Source: a virus. Taken from it: a stretch of DNA of 64,000 nt. Position numbers and translations under genes: made by a program. Below are positions 34,870-43,486 of this stretch, piece after piece. The notes beneath the pieces are model-generated. The model was not told the DNA's origin. It saw only the letters and a program-made list of their open reading frames with translations, and did no database searches. Positions within the stretch are counted from its first letter, which is position 1; each line of letters opens with the position of its first letter. The stretch covers positions 3,786-67,785 of the IMG/VR virus record IMGVR_UViG_3300000401_000001; one strand, 5' to 3'.

Positions 34870-37800
34870 TTAAAAATCGTATATGGAACTGATGCTAGTG
34901 TTTTGTATGCTGCCAGTCGTTCTGATAGCATCTATGTCAGAATCATATGGTGTTGGTGGAATCACAAACGTTGGATCATATTCTGGTCTAGTTGGATCAG
35001 TGGGATCCCAAGATACTTTAGATGTTTTCTTTTTCTTTTTCTTTTGTTTCTGTGGCTTAACCTGGAGATCTTGTGCACCGAATGGAGATCCATCGCATTG
35101 TGTAAAGTATGGATTTCCAAAGTTCTTAACTGCTTCACCAAACACTTGAGTTGCACCTGTGTTATAATTCATGATCTTCATAACTCCAGTGTAAGGACCC
35201 ATTGGAATGCCATTGGACTTAATATCCCTTGGGTCAATTGCAATAGCAGCACTATTTACATACTCTAGAGCAGCACAAATAGAGCTTAGCTCAGGGACTT
35301 GATCGTAAGTTACTCCTGCTATCTTTGCCCCATCCCCAGGGTATGAACAAATCACATCTAGAGGTCCATCTGAATTACTACCACCCCTAACAAATGTATC
35401 CCAACATGTACTTGGTGGTGCTCCACCAGACCAAGGTTGCACAGCGATAGGTGTCCATTCACCATTATCTAGAGAGCGGGTAGTTTCACTTTCGTTAAGA
35501 TCCAAATAAGTAGTTCCAGTCCAAGAGTTGAGAGTTGGGGGTGCAATAGATACATTGCCGCCCAACCAAGTCTGAAATCTCTCAAGCTCTGTGTAACTTT
35601 CTTCATGCCAGTCAAAGGTATTTTCATCTGTACCAATAGGGGCAAATGTAATACCACCACCAGGATCTCTAAAACATCTTCCTTTGATACTTCCCCTCTT
35701 ACATGGCCATGTTTTAGTCTTTACAGCTTGTCCAGCAAGCTTTCTTGGCTCTGTTAACTTTGGTGGTTCTAGCGTTTTCATGAAGTTCATAAACTGAGCT
35801 CCCTGTGAACCAGTTGTACGACCCTCTAGAGTCATGGTAACTCTAAAACTAGCATTACCAGAAGTGGAAGCACAATACTTGTAAATCATGTAGCCAAACG
35901 CCCTCTCTTCACCATCTTCATTAATTTTGCGATATGGACAAGGCAAATCAATGAAACGAGATACATTATAGAAATTTGGTTGGGGGATCTTAATGCATGG
36001 TGAACCATAGTTCCAACCATATAGATCGGATAACCTATCTGCTTCTCGATCAGCTTGTGTTGTTGCCGATACAAATAGTGGATATTGTTGAGAATGCATT
36101 TCTCCAAACTCAGGGCTGGCAGCCATCATCCCCTGCACTTCATTTGCAGTATAAAGAGCTTGCGTGAAGATTCCAGGAATCTGGATATCAATACAACCAG
36201 CAGGGAGATTTTCACAAAGGCTAGTGTCTTCCTTCTTATCATAATCTTTGATTCTAATATAACCAGTTGGATACTCTGCAGTAAAGCCATTTTGCATTGC
36301 CTGGAAAGAACCAATGATGCCATCATCCATCTGGTTAATTTCATCGGAAGTTCCAGATGTTCTTGATTTGACAAGCCCCTTCATGGCACTGTTAACCGTA
36401 TTGCTATAATCTTTAGCAAACAAATCTACCTTAGGACCACGAAATTTGTAAACTTCATTTTCGCTATCAACAACATAAACTTTGGGTCTGTTATCTGGAT
36501 CGTAGTCATAACCTGATCCGCGATCAAGAATAACCACTTCCACAATCGAGCCATTCTCATCTAACTTAGATACCTGAATCCGAGCAGCTCTAAATTCAGT
36601 CTTACCCTTATTCTCACCAGTAGCACGACGAAGTTGTTTCTTACGAACAGATACTGTTGTAGTCTTTATGCCTTTTCCTTTGATTTTAATTTTTCCAGGT
36701 GTTTTACCATTACCGTATGGAATCAGATCTTCTCTTTCTTGGAAAGATTCATTGATGTTCTCATCAATAATTGCAGACTGATTCTTTTTGATATCCTTAA
36801 AGTGGAAGTTGTTCAGAGCACCATCGGGATTCTTTACAACAGACTCTGGTGCTTTGATAGGAACCTCATCCCATCCACCAATACCATGTAAAACTTTTCT
36901 TGCATTATCATTCGCAGAAAATTCTGTCAATACTGATGGATGTTCCACAGCAATTTTTGGGTCACTGTAGCCATAGCCACCATTGACAATAACAACCTGA
37001 GAGATTTCACCTTTGGAATTGACAACACACTCAAGCTCAGCTTGATCCAATGTTCTCTTTGGAATCAATGCTTCTGGATCAAGTTCTACCTGATAGTATG
37101 AAATCTTTTTAGGGAATTCATATACACCAAAGTATGCTGCTTTATCTCCAATACCATAGCCAGCAAGGATTTGTGCTGTAGCCCCATTCTGAGATGTAAA
37201 AGATTGTAGGTATGTGAATGTTCCACCAGAGCCAGTAAGTTCGATATAACCAACTTGCAACTCATCGCCAAAATATGCAACTTGTGCAATATCCCAACCA
37301 TTAATCTTTTCACCAATAGTAAACCCACCAGTAGTTGATGTATATCTAAACAAAACGCGAAGAGTGTCTGTATCTGCAACACGAAAAGATTCCGACACAC
37401 CTCTCTTCTTCGCATCGGTCAAAGAAAGTTGTGTGCGATAAGTTTCCCAAGAATCTTCACGCACTTCATAAAAATGGGAATGATACGTTACTGAAGGTTC
37501 ACACTCATTCAGATTCATTTCAGGATCCAATCGATTGGGACAACACCCAGCATCACTCAATGCATACTGAATGCCATAGATAGGTCCATTCCATGGATAT
37601 GATGTGTCAAACAAATAATAGATGAATTGCGAGTCATAGCAATTCTCAAATGAAAGATATCTTGGTACTGCTGCCTTCACTGCAGCATTCATACCATAAA
37701 ACCACTCAAATAATGCTTCAGATTCCAGAACAGCAGAAGCATTATCAGGATCGCCCCACCCATTAACACTAGGGGTGCCATTCTGATTTCCTCTACGATA

Positions 37801-38697
37801 ATCTTGATAGCGGTATGGTGCATTTGCATATTGATACCATCCACTGCGGTCAATCCCACAAATACCTGTAGGACCAACTGTACCAATATCAATTACTTTA
37901 CCGCGAGTACCTTTTCCTAGATTGGTTCTGAATACCCAGCCAACAATACCAACATAACTATACTCCTGACCTCTAGGATCTTTACAATCTGGAACTCCAG
38001 GAATTCCAGTCTGCAAATTCACTTCAGCCGCTGGATCTGCAGTATAGAAATGATCTCTCTTTGTGGTATTACTACTACGATAGTATTCATACAAAGGTAC
38101 AGGTGTTTCTCCTGCAGCTGCATATGCTGCCGCTGCACCTTGCGATGTCCAGATATAACCTAATACTTCGATTTGTGTGTAGCCAGATGGTGGACCACCC
38201 GTCGAAAGCATCGTGTCATTAAGTACACTATTGTAGTGAATGTTAAGTGCAACTGTACCAGTTGCACGACTATCCACTGCAACATAGAAAACAGGTGCTT
38301 GCTTCCTTGGCTCACTCTTATATTGCTTACCAGCTTTCTTTCCTTTCTTCTTCTCACCAGGAAAGTCCTCTGGGTAATCAAATTTCTTTGCGTCTGTATA
38401 TTTGTGATCAGCATTGTTTCCAGGACGATACCATCGATAGACTGCCTGGCGTTCACCATAACAATCACCTACACATTGCTTCTCTTCGTCACCAAGATAA
38501 TAAACAACGTCCTGACCCAATACCATTGAGCCAGGACCATGGTTGTTAAATGTAATCTTATAATTGGTGCCAGGTCCACTATGATATTCATGAGAACGAT
38601 AACGACCAGAAGATGGTCTTGTATATGTTCTCTTGTAATCTTTCCCGCTAATGGGATTAGGATAACTACGACCAGTCTCCAGAATATATGCTGGCAT
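34870..38697 (-). CDS. Large structural protein (1275 aa) with N-terminal DUF5648-like motif
   Basis: VYRWY...DHKYT and PLYEYY...RDHFYT.DPAAE; also has V.I.NGG.GY motifs; in the baseplate cluster. Confidence 0.7.
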   Translation of the reverse strand: MPAYILETGRSYPNPISGKDYKRTYTRPSSGRYRSHEYHSGPGTNYKITFNNHGPGSMVLGQDVVYYLGDEEKQCVGDCYGERQAVYRWYRPGNNADHKYTDAKKFDYPEDFPGEKKKGKKAGKQYKSEPRKQAPVFYVAVDSRATGTVALNIHYNSVLNDTMLSTGGPPSGYTQIEVLGYIWTSQGAAAAYAAAGETPVPLYEYYRSSNTTKRDHFYTADPAAEVNLQTGIPGVPDCKDPRGQEYSYVGIVGWVFRTNLGKGTRGKVIDIGTVGPTGICGIDRSGWYQYANAPYRYQDYRRGNQNGTPSVNGWGDPDNASAVLESEALFEWFYGMNAAVKAAVPRYLSFENCYDSQFIYYLFDTSYPWNGPIYGIQYALSDAGCCPNRLDPEMNLNECEPSVTYHSHFYEVREDSWETYRTQLSLTDAKKRGVSESFRVADTDTLRVLFRYTSTTGGFTIGEKINGWDIAQVAYFGDELQVGYIELTGSGGTFTYLQSFTSQNGATAQILAGYGIGDKAAYFGVYEFPKKISYYQVELDPEALIPKRTLDQAELECVVNSKGEISQVVIVNGGYGYSDPKIAVEHPSVLTEFSANDNARKVLHGIGGWDEVPIKAPESVVKNPDGALNNFHFKDIKKNQSAIIDENINESFQEREDLIPYGNGKTPGKIKIKGKGIKTTTVSVRKKQLRRATGENKGKTEFRAARIQVSKLDENGSIVEVVILDRGSGYDYDPDNRPKVYVVDSENEVYKFRGPKVDLFAKDYSNTVNSAMKGLVKSRTSGTSDEINQMDDGIIGSFQAMQNGFTAEYPTGYIRIKDYDKKEDTSLCENLPAGCIDIQIPGIFTQALYTANEVQGMMAASPEFGEMHSQQYPLFVSATTQADREADRLSDLYGWNYGSPCIKIPQPNFYNVSRFIDLPCPYRKINEDGEERAFGYMIYKYCASTSGNASFRVTMTLEGRTTGSQGAQFMNFMKTLEPPKLTEPRKLAGQAVKTKTWPCKRGSIKGRCFRDPGGGITFAPIGTDENTFDWHEESYTELERFQTWLGGNVSIAPPTLNSWTGTTYLDLNESETTRSLDNGEWTPIAVQPWSGGAPPSTCWDTFVRGGSNSDGPLDVICSYPGDGAKIAGVTYDQVPELSSICAALEYVNSAAIAIDPRDIKSNGIPMGPYTGVMKIMNYNTGATQVFGEAVKNFGNPYFTQCDGSPFGAQDLQVKPQKQKKKKKKTSKVSWDPTDPTRPEYDPTFVIPPTPYDSDIDAIRTTGSIQNTSISSIYDF

Positions 38698-38936
38698 TAC
38701 TCAAGTGCTTTGATTCTGTCTTCCAACATATTTAGCCTGACATATAGATCATCAAACAATTCGCGAATGTTTAGATAATCTTCATACCCCTCAGGTTTAT
38801 ACTTGATCATGTCCGCACCAGGCTCAGGCATCCGCCCCATTGCTTGCTCCACATTACCAATACGATTAGCCAAGTTCGTTAATGCTTGACTAAGCATCTC
38901 CATGTGCTCTTGATACTGATCCAAAAATTCATCCAT
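38697..38936 (-). CDS. Hypothetical coiled-coil protein (79 aa)
   Basis: AGGAG RBS; stop overlaps the next start. Confidence 0.75.
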   Translation of the reverse strand: MDEFLDQYQEHMEMLSQALTNLANRIGNVEQAMGRMPEPGADMIKYKPEGYEDYLNIRELFDDLYVRLNMLEDRIKALE

Positions 38937-38987
38937 AATTCATTCTCCTGAAACGCGGTTTTTCGCGATTTTTTGGAAGTGACTTTT

Positions 38988-39164
38988 TCACACCTCCCCC
39001 ACTTCCTCAACCTTCCTCAATATAATCGACCCATCAATATCCTCAGACCATTCCAAGGTATCTCCCTCATTCCATCCCAAATCATCAATAACATCATCGG
39101 GAAATGTAATGAAGAATTCCCCATGCGCATCCATCTCTACTGGCAGTGTAAATCTCTTACTCAT
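38988..39164 (-). CDS. AbrB/MazE-type swapped-hairpin small protein (58 aa; not in ORF track)
   Basis: Hand translation MSKRFTLPVEMDAHGEFFITFPDDVIDDLGWNEGDTLEWSEDIDGSIILRKVEEVGEV has the AbrB pattern I..P..V...LGW..GD.L.W...DG.I.L.K. Confidence 0.75.
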   Translation of the reverse strand: MSKRFTLPVEMDAHGEFFITFPDDVIDDLGWNEGDTLEWSEDIDGSIILRKVEEVGEV

Positions 39165-39194
39165 AGTTAATAGTAAATTGGTAACATGTATAAC

Positions 39195-39692
39195 CTATTT
39201 GGTATATATCTCATCCACCCTTAGAACTAACTGGGTGTGCTCTACATACCAACTTCCATCTGCTTGCAAGTCCTCTATCGTAGAATCGCACATATATGGA
39301 TGATGTAACATGTAATCATCTCCCAAATAGATGCCTGCATGATTCCATGCTAAACCATCACCAGAGGCGCTGTAACCGCCCTCTAAGGCGTTTAGAAATA
39401 GCCTCATGATCATTACATCCCCCACTCTAAGAATTGAGGTGTCAAATGTTTTACCCTCTTCTCCTGTATAGACTGTCGTAAGCCCTCCAAGTAACTCTGA
39501 TTGTTTCTGAATATATTCAGGTCTAAACAAATACTTTTTCTCAGAAACAAAATCGTATAACTCTACGTCATACTCAGTCTGGAAGAATTTTCTCACAATC
39601 TGGTAGCATCCACCCAATGCTTTCCTATCATACCATGGGACACCCACATACTTTCCCCATTCATGATAGACCTCATCATACCTTCTTCTCAT
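39195..39692 (-). CDS. NlpC/P60-family cysteine peptidase-like protein
   Basis: GVPW......GGCYQIV (catalytic Cys), GDVMIM and NHAGIYLGDDYMLHH. Start placed at ATG 39692 behind AGGAG rather than the track start at 39737. Confidence 0.75.
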   Translation of the reverse strand: MRRRYDEVYHEWGKYVGVPWYDRKALGGCYQIVRKFFQTEYDVELYDFVSEKKYLFRPEYIQKQSELLGGLTTVYTGEEGKTFDTSILRVGDVMIMRLFLNALEGGYSASGDGLAWNHAGIYLGDDYMLHHPYMCDSTIEDLQADGSWYVEHTQLVLRVDEIYTK

Positions 39693-39949
39693 CTGTGAAT
39701 TCACTCCTGTTACTAAAAAAGATGTACACTGTCTCACACAGGCACATCCAAATATATGTAAGTTCTTCTCTTATGCCGACCTGGGGGACCTCTTTCATAC
39801 CTGGGAAATTTTTTAATACTGGGGTAAACGAAAAGTCGAATAATATATCGACCGCTCTGGGATACTGTTATAGCTTAGAGAGAAGGTACTTTTTAATATA
39901 CGGCGCTACCGCGCTATAACATAACGGGGCAACAATAACTGTCAGATAG

Positions 39950-39969
39950 GGGGCAGAATACCCTGCCCC
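39950..39969 (-). terminator. GC-rich hairpin, probable end of the early transcript
   Basis: GGGGCAG-aatacc-CTGCCCC perfect 7-bp stem about 30 nt after the 40002 stop; no strong U-tract. Confidence 0.45.
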
Positions 39970-40001
39970 TCGTTGAGGCTTACTGTAGGCCCTTCTAGGT
40001 G

Positions 40002-40202
40002 TCACTCAGAGGCATATTCATAGCCCACATCATAACACAAACCCTCAGCAATGAAGTAGTCACATAGTCGTTGATATTGTGTGAGTTGTTCATTCAGTCC
40101 AGTGTCAATAAGTGTCTGGGCTAACTCAATCTGTTCATCAGCTGGGAGTGATCCTTCATCGTACATATCAAGCAGAAAGCTTAACCGTTCACTGAAACTC
40201 AT
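40002..40202 (-). CDS. Acidic hypothetical protein (66 aa)
   Basis: ORF track; ATGA overlap with the upstream gene. Confidence 0.7.
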   Translation of the reverse strand: MSFSERLSFLLDMYDEGSLPADEQIELAQTLIDTGLNEQLTQYQRLCDYFIAEGLCYDVGYEYASE

Positions 40203-40366
40203 TTGTTAGAATAAGCAAGGGAATCTGCTAGTGCTTGTTGATAGTTAGTGAAGGGACCATACTTAGGGCAACCATCGTAATCATAGCGCCAGAAGTGTTT
40301 ATGATTCTTCTCCCAGATCTTTACACTAACTGGGGGATTTGTCTCTAGGGTGATAGTTTTATTCAT
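40199..40366 (-). CDS. Hypothetical protein (55 aa, MNKTITLETNPP...)
   Basis: Start reassigned to 40366, overlapping the stop of the acidic ORF upstream. Confidence 0.65.
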   Translation of the reverse strand: MNKTITLETNPPVSVKIWEKNHKHFWRYDYDGCPKYGPFTNYQQALADSLAYSNK

Positions 40367-40490
40367 AACCATTGACTCCATAATCATCGGTAAAGTTGGC
40401 ATCGTAGTCATCATCAAAGAGGGCATATTCGTCCTCTGTTTGTTCACTCAAGAATTCATCAATCCAGTCACCAAAGAGTTCATCATTCAT
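40359..40490 (-). CDS. Highly acidic peptide (43 aa; not in ORF track)
   Basis: MNDELFGDWIDEFLSEQTEDEYALFDDDYDANFTDDYGVNGYE; AGGAGG RBS; start overlaps the upstream stop. Confidence 0.65.
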   Translation of the reverse strand: MNDELFGDWIDEFLSEQTEDEYALFDDDYDANFTDDYGVNGYE

Positions 40491-40675
40491 TGGTAATCCT
40501 CCTGGTCATAGTAATCCGAAGTCTTGTTCTTTCGTTGATACTTACCTGTGGAAAAGTCTGTGGAAAAGTCATCATAATAGGTGTCCCTTTTAGACCCTGA
40601 ATACTGACGCTTTTCCCTGATAGATTTGGGGCGTCGAGAGTTATGCAAGTCGTTGCGTTTGTAAGTGCGACCCAT
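40487..40675 (-). CDS. Basic hypothetical protein (62 aa)
   Basis: First gene behind the promoter at 40716-40744. Confidence 0.7.
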   Translation of the reverse strand: MGRTYKRNDLHNSRRPKSIREKRQYSGSKRDTYYDDFSTDFSTGKYQRKNKTSDYYDQEDYQ

Positions 40676-40715
40676 GAGATGTTGTGATGTGAATGTATCT
40701 GTGAAGGACTTAGAT

Positions 40716-40744
40716 ATTATGTATGATCAATGGGGCAAAGTCAA
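40716..40744 (-). promoter_or_regulatory. Sigma70-like promoter TTGACT-N17-CATAAT
   Basis: Read directly from the minus strand; 40 nt upstream of ATG 40675. Confidence 0.7.
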
Positions 40745-40780
40745 GTGGTCTGTGAGTGTTTCTGAACTGTCCTGTTAGTG

Positions 40781-40809
40781 TTGACAACTCGGTGATGATG
40801 TGTTACAGT
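40781..40809 (+). promoter_or_regulatory. Divergent sigma70-like promoter TTGACA-N17-TACAGT facing non-coding DNA
   Basis: TTGACA at 40781-40786 and TACAGT at 40804-40809; no plus-strand ORF follows. Confidence 0.55.
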
Positions 40810-40879
40810 CCGAGGTCACAACATACCGCAAGGTTTCTAACAGGCTTTCTAGAGAGTTTCTAACACGATTTAATGAACA

Positions 40880-40954
40880 CTTAACAATGTTTTTTTGTAC
40901 ATTTAATTTAATATAGTTTTCCACATAATTCTTGTGGAAATTGTGGAAAACTAT
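40880..40954. other. AT-rich tract plus DnaA-box-like cluster (candidate origin)
   Basis: TTTTCCACA at 40917-40925, TGTGGAAAT at 40933-40941 and TGTGGAAAA at 40942-40950, inside a 13-bp inverted repeat (atagttttccaca/tgtggaaaactat), preceded by aatgtttttttgtacatttaatttaatata. Confidence 0.5.
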
Positions 40955-40972
40955 GCGGAGAGTTAGTATAGT

Positions 40973-41590
40973 CTAAGCGGGCACTACATTAAAGGTCAAA
41001 GTGATACGATCTCCTGTAGGGTTTGATTCATAACCATGGGTGAGATTAGCAGGATAGATTACTGCATCACCTGCCTTGTAAGGAATAGTTGCTTCCTGAA
41101 GATTAAAGGCAGTCATGTTATTAAAAGGGAGCATCATGATAGGGAACATTGAGGAGAGAACGTTACGCTTAAACTTTAGATAACTGTGTGCCTCTTGATT
41201 ATAGGCAATGAAGAACGTTCCTGAGAATAAACAATTGGAATGTTCATGTGGTGCGTATAGTGCACCTTCATGTGCTACCTCTACATAACATTCAGAAATT
41301 GCAAAGTTTGAGGCATAGTTAAGACCTGTTTCATTATGCTTGTGAGCTACATCGATCAGGGCTTGATTAAGGTCGGGGAGATCTTTTAGGATCTGGTTAG
41401 TCTTACCAATTTGTTGTACATTATGGCAGAGGACTTTACGTTCATTTAGATCAACGAAATCCTGATTTTTCATCCAGGAGAGTACAGGATCAACGAACTC
41501 TTGTAAGTTATACTTAGTGACAGGAGTCATGAAGAGACCATAAGTCTCAAACTGTACTTTATCGTTGAGGTTATCAGAAAGATTAGTCAT
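40973..41590 (-). CDS. Fe(II)/2OG oxygenase, TIGR02466-like
   Basis: HEHSNC.FSG.F, A.IYPA.L.HG and RIT..FN. Start placed at MTNLSD (41590). Confidence 0.8.
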   Translation of the reverse strand: MTNLSDNLNDKVQFETYGLFMTPVTKYNLQEFVDPVLSWMKNQDFVDLNERKVLCHNVQQIGKTNQILKDLPDLNQALIDVAHKHNETGLNYASNFAISECYVEVAHEGALYAPHEHSNCLFSGTFFIAYNQEAHSYLKFKRNVLSSMFPIMMLPFNNMTAFNLQEATIPYKAGDAVIYPANLTHGYESNPTGDRITLTFNVVPA

Positions 41591-41601
41591 GCTTTGATTA
41601 A

Positions 41602-42033
41602 TTAACGGAGGTAAAGATAGGAGCCAGCCCAATCACATTTAGAGTAACACAATTCACGAGATTTGTCATCAAGGAGATTGTATCTGATGTGTTTAGCGGG
41701 TGCTTTCCATGATGCGGGTTTGTATACATCGCCTGTGGTTTTATCTATGAAAGCATGAACAGAACGCTGCTTAGATCCATTGAGATAGCGCATCACGAGG
41801 CGGAAATACTTACGTGGTGTGGAATCAAGATAGAACTCAACATCTGGACCTTGTTGATAGAGTTTGGCAATTTGTTTGGAGTGATAGTCTACATCTTGAC
41901 CGATACCAATTGAGCGGTTATGTGCTTCGATTGACTGTAATTTATAATCTTCGTAGAGTGCACCAGTGAGGAGGATTGCATAATGCTCAACCAACATTTG
42001 TTGAGTCTTTTCAGGCATTGCGAGAGTGGTCAT
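41602..42033 (-). CDS. Conserved phage hypothetical protein (143 aa)
   Basis: SVHAFIDK.TGDVYKPASWKAPAK motif recognised from many phage proteins. Confidence 0.75.
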   Translation of the reverse strand: MTTLAMPEKTQQMLVEHYAILLTGALYEDYKLQSIEAHNRSIGIGQDVDYHSKQIAKLYQQGPDVEFYLDSTPRKYFRLVMRYLNGSKQRSVHAFIDKTTGDVYKPASWKAPAKHIRYNLLDDKSRELCYSKCDWAGSYLYLR

Positions 42034-42191
42034 TTTGCAGTGCGTTGGATAAGATCAGCAGTGAGGTGAAGAGCTTCGCCAGTGTTATATCTTACACCAG
42101 GGAAGATAAAGAATGCAAGGACAAAAATGAGACCAATTACTTTCACTTTCTTGGGGTCAAGTGGTTTACAAGTAAGACGCTTTCTTGCCAT
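42030..42191 (-). CDS. Small membrane protein (53 aa; not in ORF track)
   Basis: MARKRLTCKPLDPKKVKVIGLIFVLAFFIFPGVRYNTGEALHLTADLIQRTAK; ATGA overlap with the next gene. Confidence 0.6.
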   Translation of the reverse strand: MARKRLTCKPLDPKKVKVIGLIFVLAFFIFPGVRYNTGEALHLTADLIQRTAK

Positions 42192-42196
42192 ATTAA

Positions 42197-42412
42197 TCAA
42201 CCACCACCGTAAACATAATCAATAACACCTGCTTCCTCAACTGATGCAGATTCGATAACAGTGAAAGTACCATACTCATCGAAATCTTTAGCGTGCCATT
42301 CGCTGAACTCTTTGATAAACAACTCGCGGCACTGATCTTTATTCTCAGCAGCAATAACGACCATGCCAGAAGTATAATCAGAGAGGACGTTGTTGATGAT
42401 GAAGAGTTTCAT
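42197..42412 (-). CDS. Hypothetical protein (71 aa)
   Basis: ORF track; packs tightly into the operon. Confidence 0.7.
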   Translation of the reverse strand: MKLFIINNVLSDYTSGMVVIAAENKDQCRELFIKEFSEWHAKDFDEYGTFTVIESASVEEAGVIDYVYGGG

Positions 42413-42434
42413 GATTGAGGAGAGAAAGTGTTGA

Positions 42435-42764
42435 TCAGTTGAGGCGCATACCAGAGAAGAAAGGCACAGTAGCGAAATTGTTGCTGCCGTCGTTAACAGT
42501 CACAAACCACTCACCTTTCTTCTGAAATACACGCTCACCACCGCAACCGTTGGCGTCGAGAATAGCATTCAGGCGGGATTTGGTGGTGACAGTCTGCCAA
42601 CCACCATCAAAAAGCTCAATCCAGGTTTCACCAATGCGGGCGATGAGGTTACCATGCAGGAACACATCGCAGCTGTTGGTGTAAGAAACAACCTCAGTGT
42701 TATCCAGTTTCCAATCCTTACCATCGGCGATGGCTTGGTTCATCAGACGCTCGATCTTGCGCAT
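42435..42764 (-). CDS. Conserved phage hypothetical protein (MRKIERLMNQAI...)
   Basis: DGGWQTVTTKSRLNAIL motif. Start reassigned to 42764 because the longer track ORF runs through the promoter. Confidence 0.7.
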   Translation of the reverse strand: MRKIERLMNQAIADGKDWKLDNTEVVSYTNSCDVFLHGNLIARIGETWIELFDGGWQTVTTKSRLNAILDANGCGGERVFQKKGEWFVTVNDGSNNFATVPFFSGMRLN

Positions 42765-42809
42765 GTTAGGGTTGGAGATGTGGAAGGTCCGTTGCCCTCC
42801 GATGCACTT

Positions 42810-42866
42810 AATATAGGGCATTTCAGGGGTCTGTGGGGGATTGGTGGACAGCTTTGCAGCTGGCAC
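42810..42866 (-). promoter_or_regulatory. Early promoter with upstream quasi-palindrome
   Basis: GTGCCAGCTGCAAAGCTGTCCAC, then 28 nt, then TATATT. Confidence 0.7.
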
Positions 42867-42867
42867 A

Positions 42868-43167
42868 CTATTTGTTGATAGTTTGAGTGATGTCCTCAGA
42901 GTAGAAATCAGTGATCAATTCCTTGGCTTCCGCAACACTATCCGCAGAGAAAGTATAAACGTAGTGATATACAGGACCATGCTCATCTTCCTTCACTTTC
43001 TTGCGCATCTTAACGCGGAAGTTGCTGTTAGTTTGCGCATCCTCTTCGATGATAAAGAGGCTGAGACGATTCTCACCTAGAAATTCATTATCACCCACCA
43101 TCCACACATACTCAACGTGGCGGGACTGATTAACAGTAACTCTAGTGCTTTCGATCATGATAGTCAA
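42868..43167 (-). CDS. Hypothetical protein (99 aa)
   Basis: ORF track; fits the operon packing. Confidence 0.65.
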   Translation of the reverse strand: MTIMIESTRVTVNQSRHVEYVWMVGDNEFLGENRLSLFIIEEDAQTNSNFRVKMRKKVKEDEHGPVYHYVYTFSADSVAEAKELITDFYSEDITQTINK

Positions 43168-43170
43168 GAA

Positions 43171-43323
43171 TCAGAATACAGAGGGATCAATCCACTTAAC
43201 TTCACCCCTTAGAATCTCATCAAGAGCAGCAAGCAATTCTTTACCATTACTGGGGAAAGTGTGCAGGAAAGAGATGAAGAAATGCTTTTCAGACAATTGC
43301 TTTTGCTGTTCAGTTAGTTGCAT
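43171..43323 (-). CDS. Hypothetical protein (50 aa; not in ORF track)
   Basis: MQLTEQQKQLSEKHFFISFLHTFPSNGKELLAALDEILRGEVKWIDPSVF fills the gap between neighbours. Confidence 0.55.
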   Translation of the reverse strand: MQLTEQQKQLSEKHFFISFLHTFPSNGKELLAALDEILRGEVKWIDPSVF

Positions 43324-43477
43324 CGGGAGTAACAGAAATTTCTTTAATGTTCAGTCCACAGAGTTGATTGTAGACCCGATTTAGAATAAGTTTATCGGCA
43401 CTCTTTGCTTTTGATTTTTCATGCCAAACCGTGACACATCCATCGTAAGTCTCTACACAAACTCGATAGCTTTTCAT
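43310..43477 (-). CDS. Hypothetical protein (55 aa; not in ORF track)
   Basis: MKSYRVCVETYDGCVTVWHEKSKAKSADKLILNRVYNQLCGLNIKEISVTPDATN. Confidence 0.55.
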   Translation of the reverse strand: MKSYRVCVETYDGCVTVWHEKSKAKSADKLILNRVYNQLCGLNIKEISVTPDATN

Positions 43478-43486
43478 GATTGTTAT

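Noticed and set aside
924-38778. Numerous plus-strand ORFs of 60-355 aa (e.g. 18088-19155, 14953-15996)
   Set aside because: They are antisense shadows of long minus-strand genes, with no RBS or recognisable motifs, and are enriched in Ile/Cys/Arg/Ser as expected from reverse-complemented biased codons.
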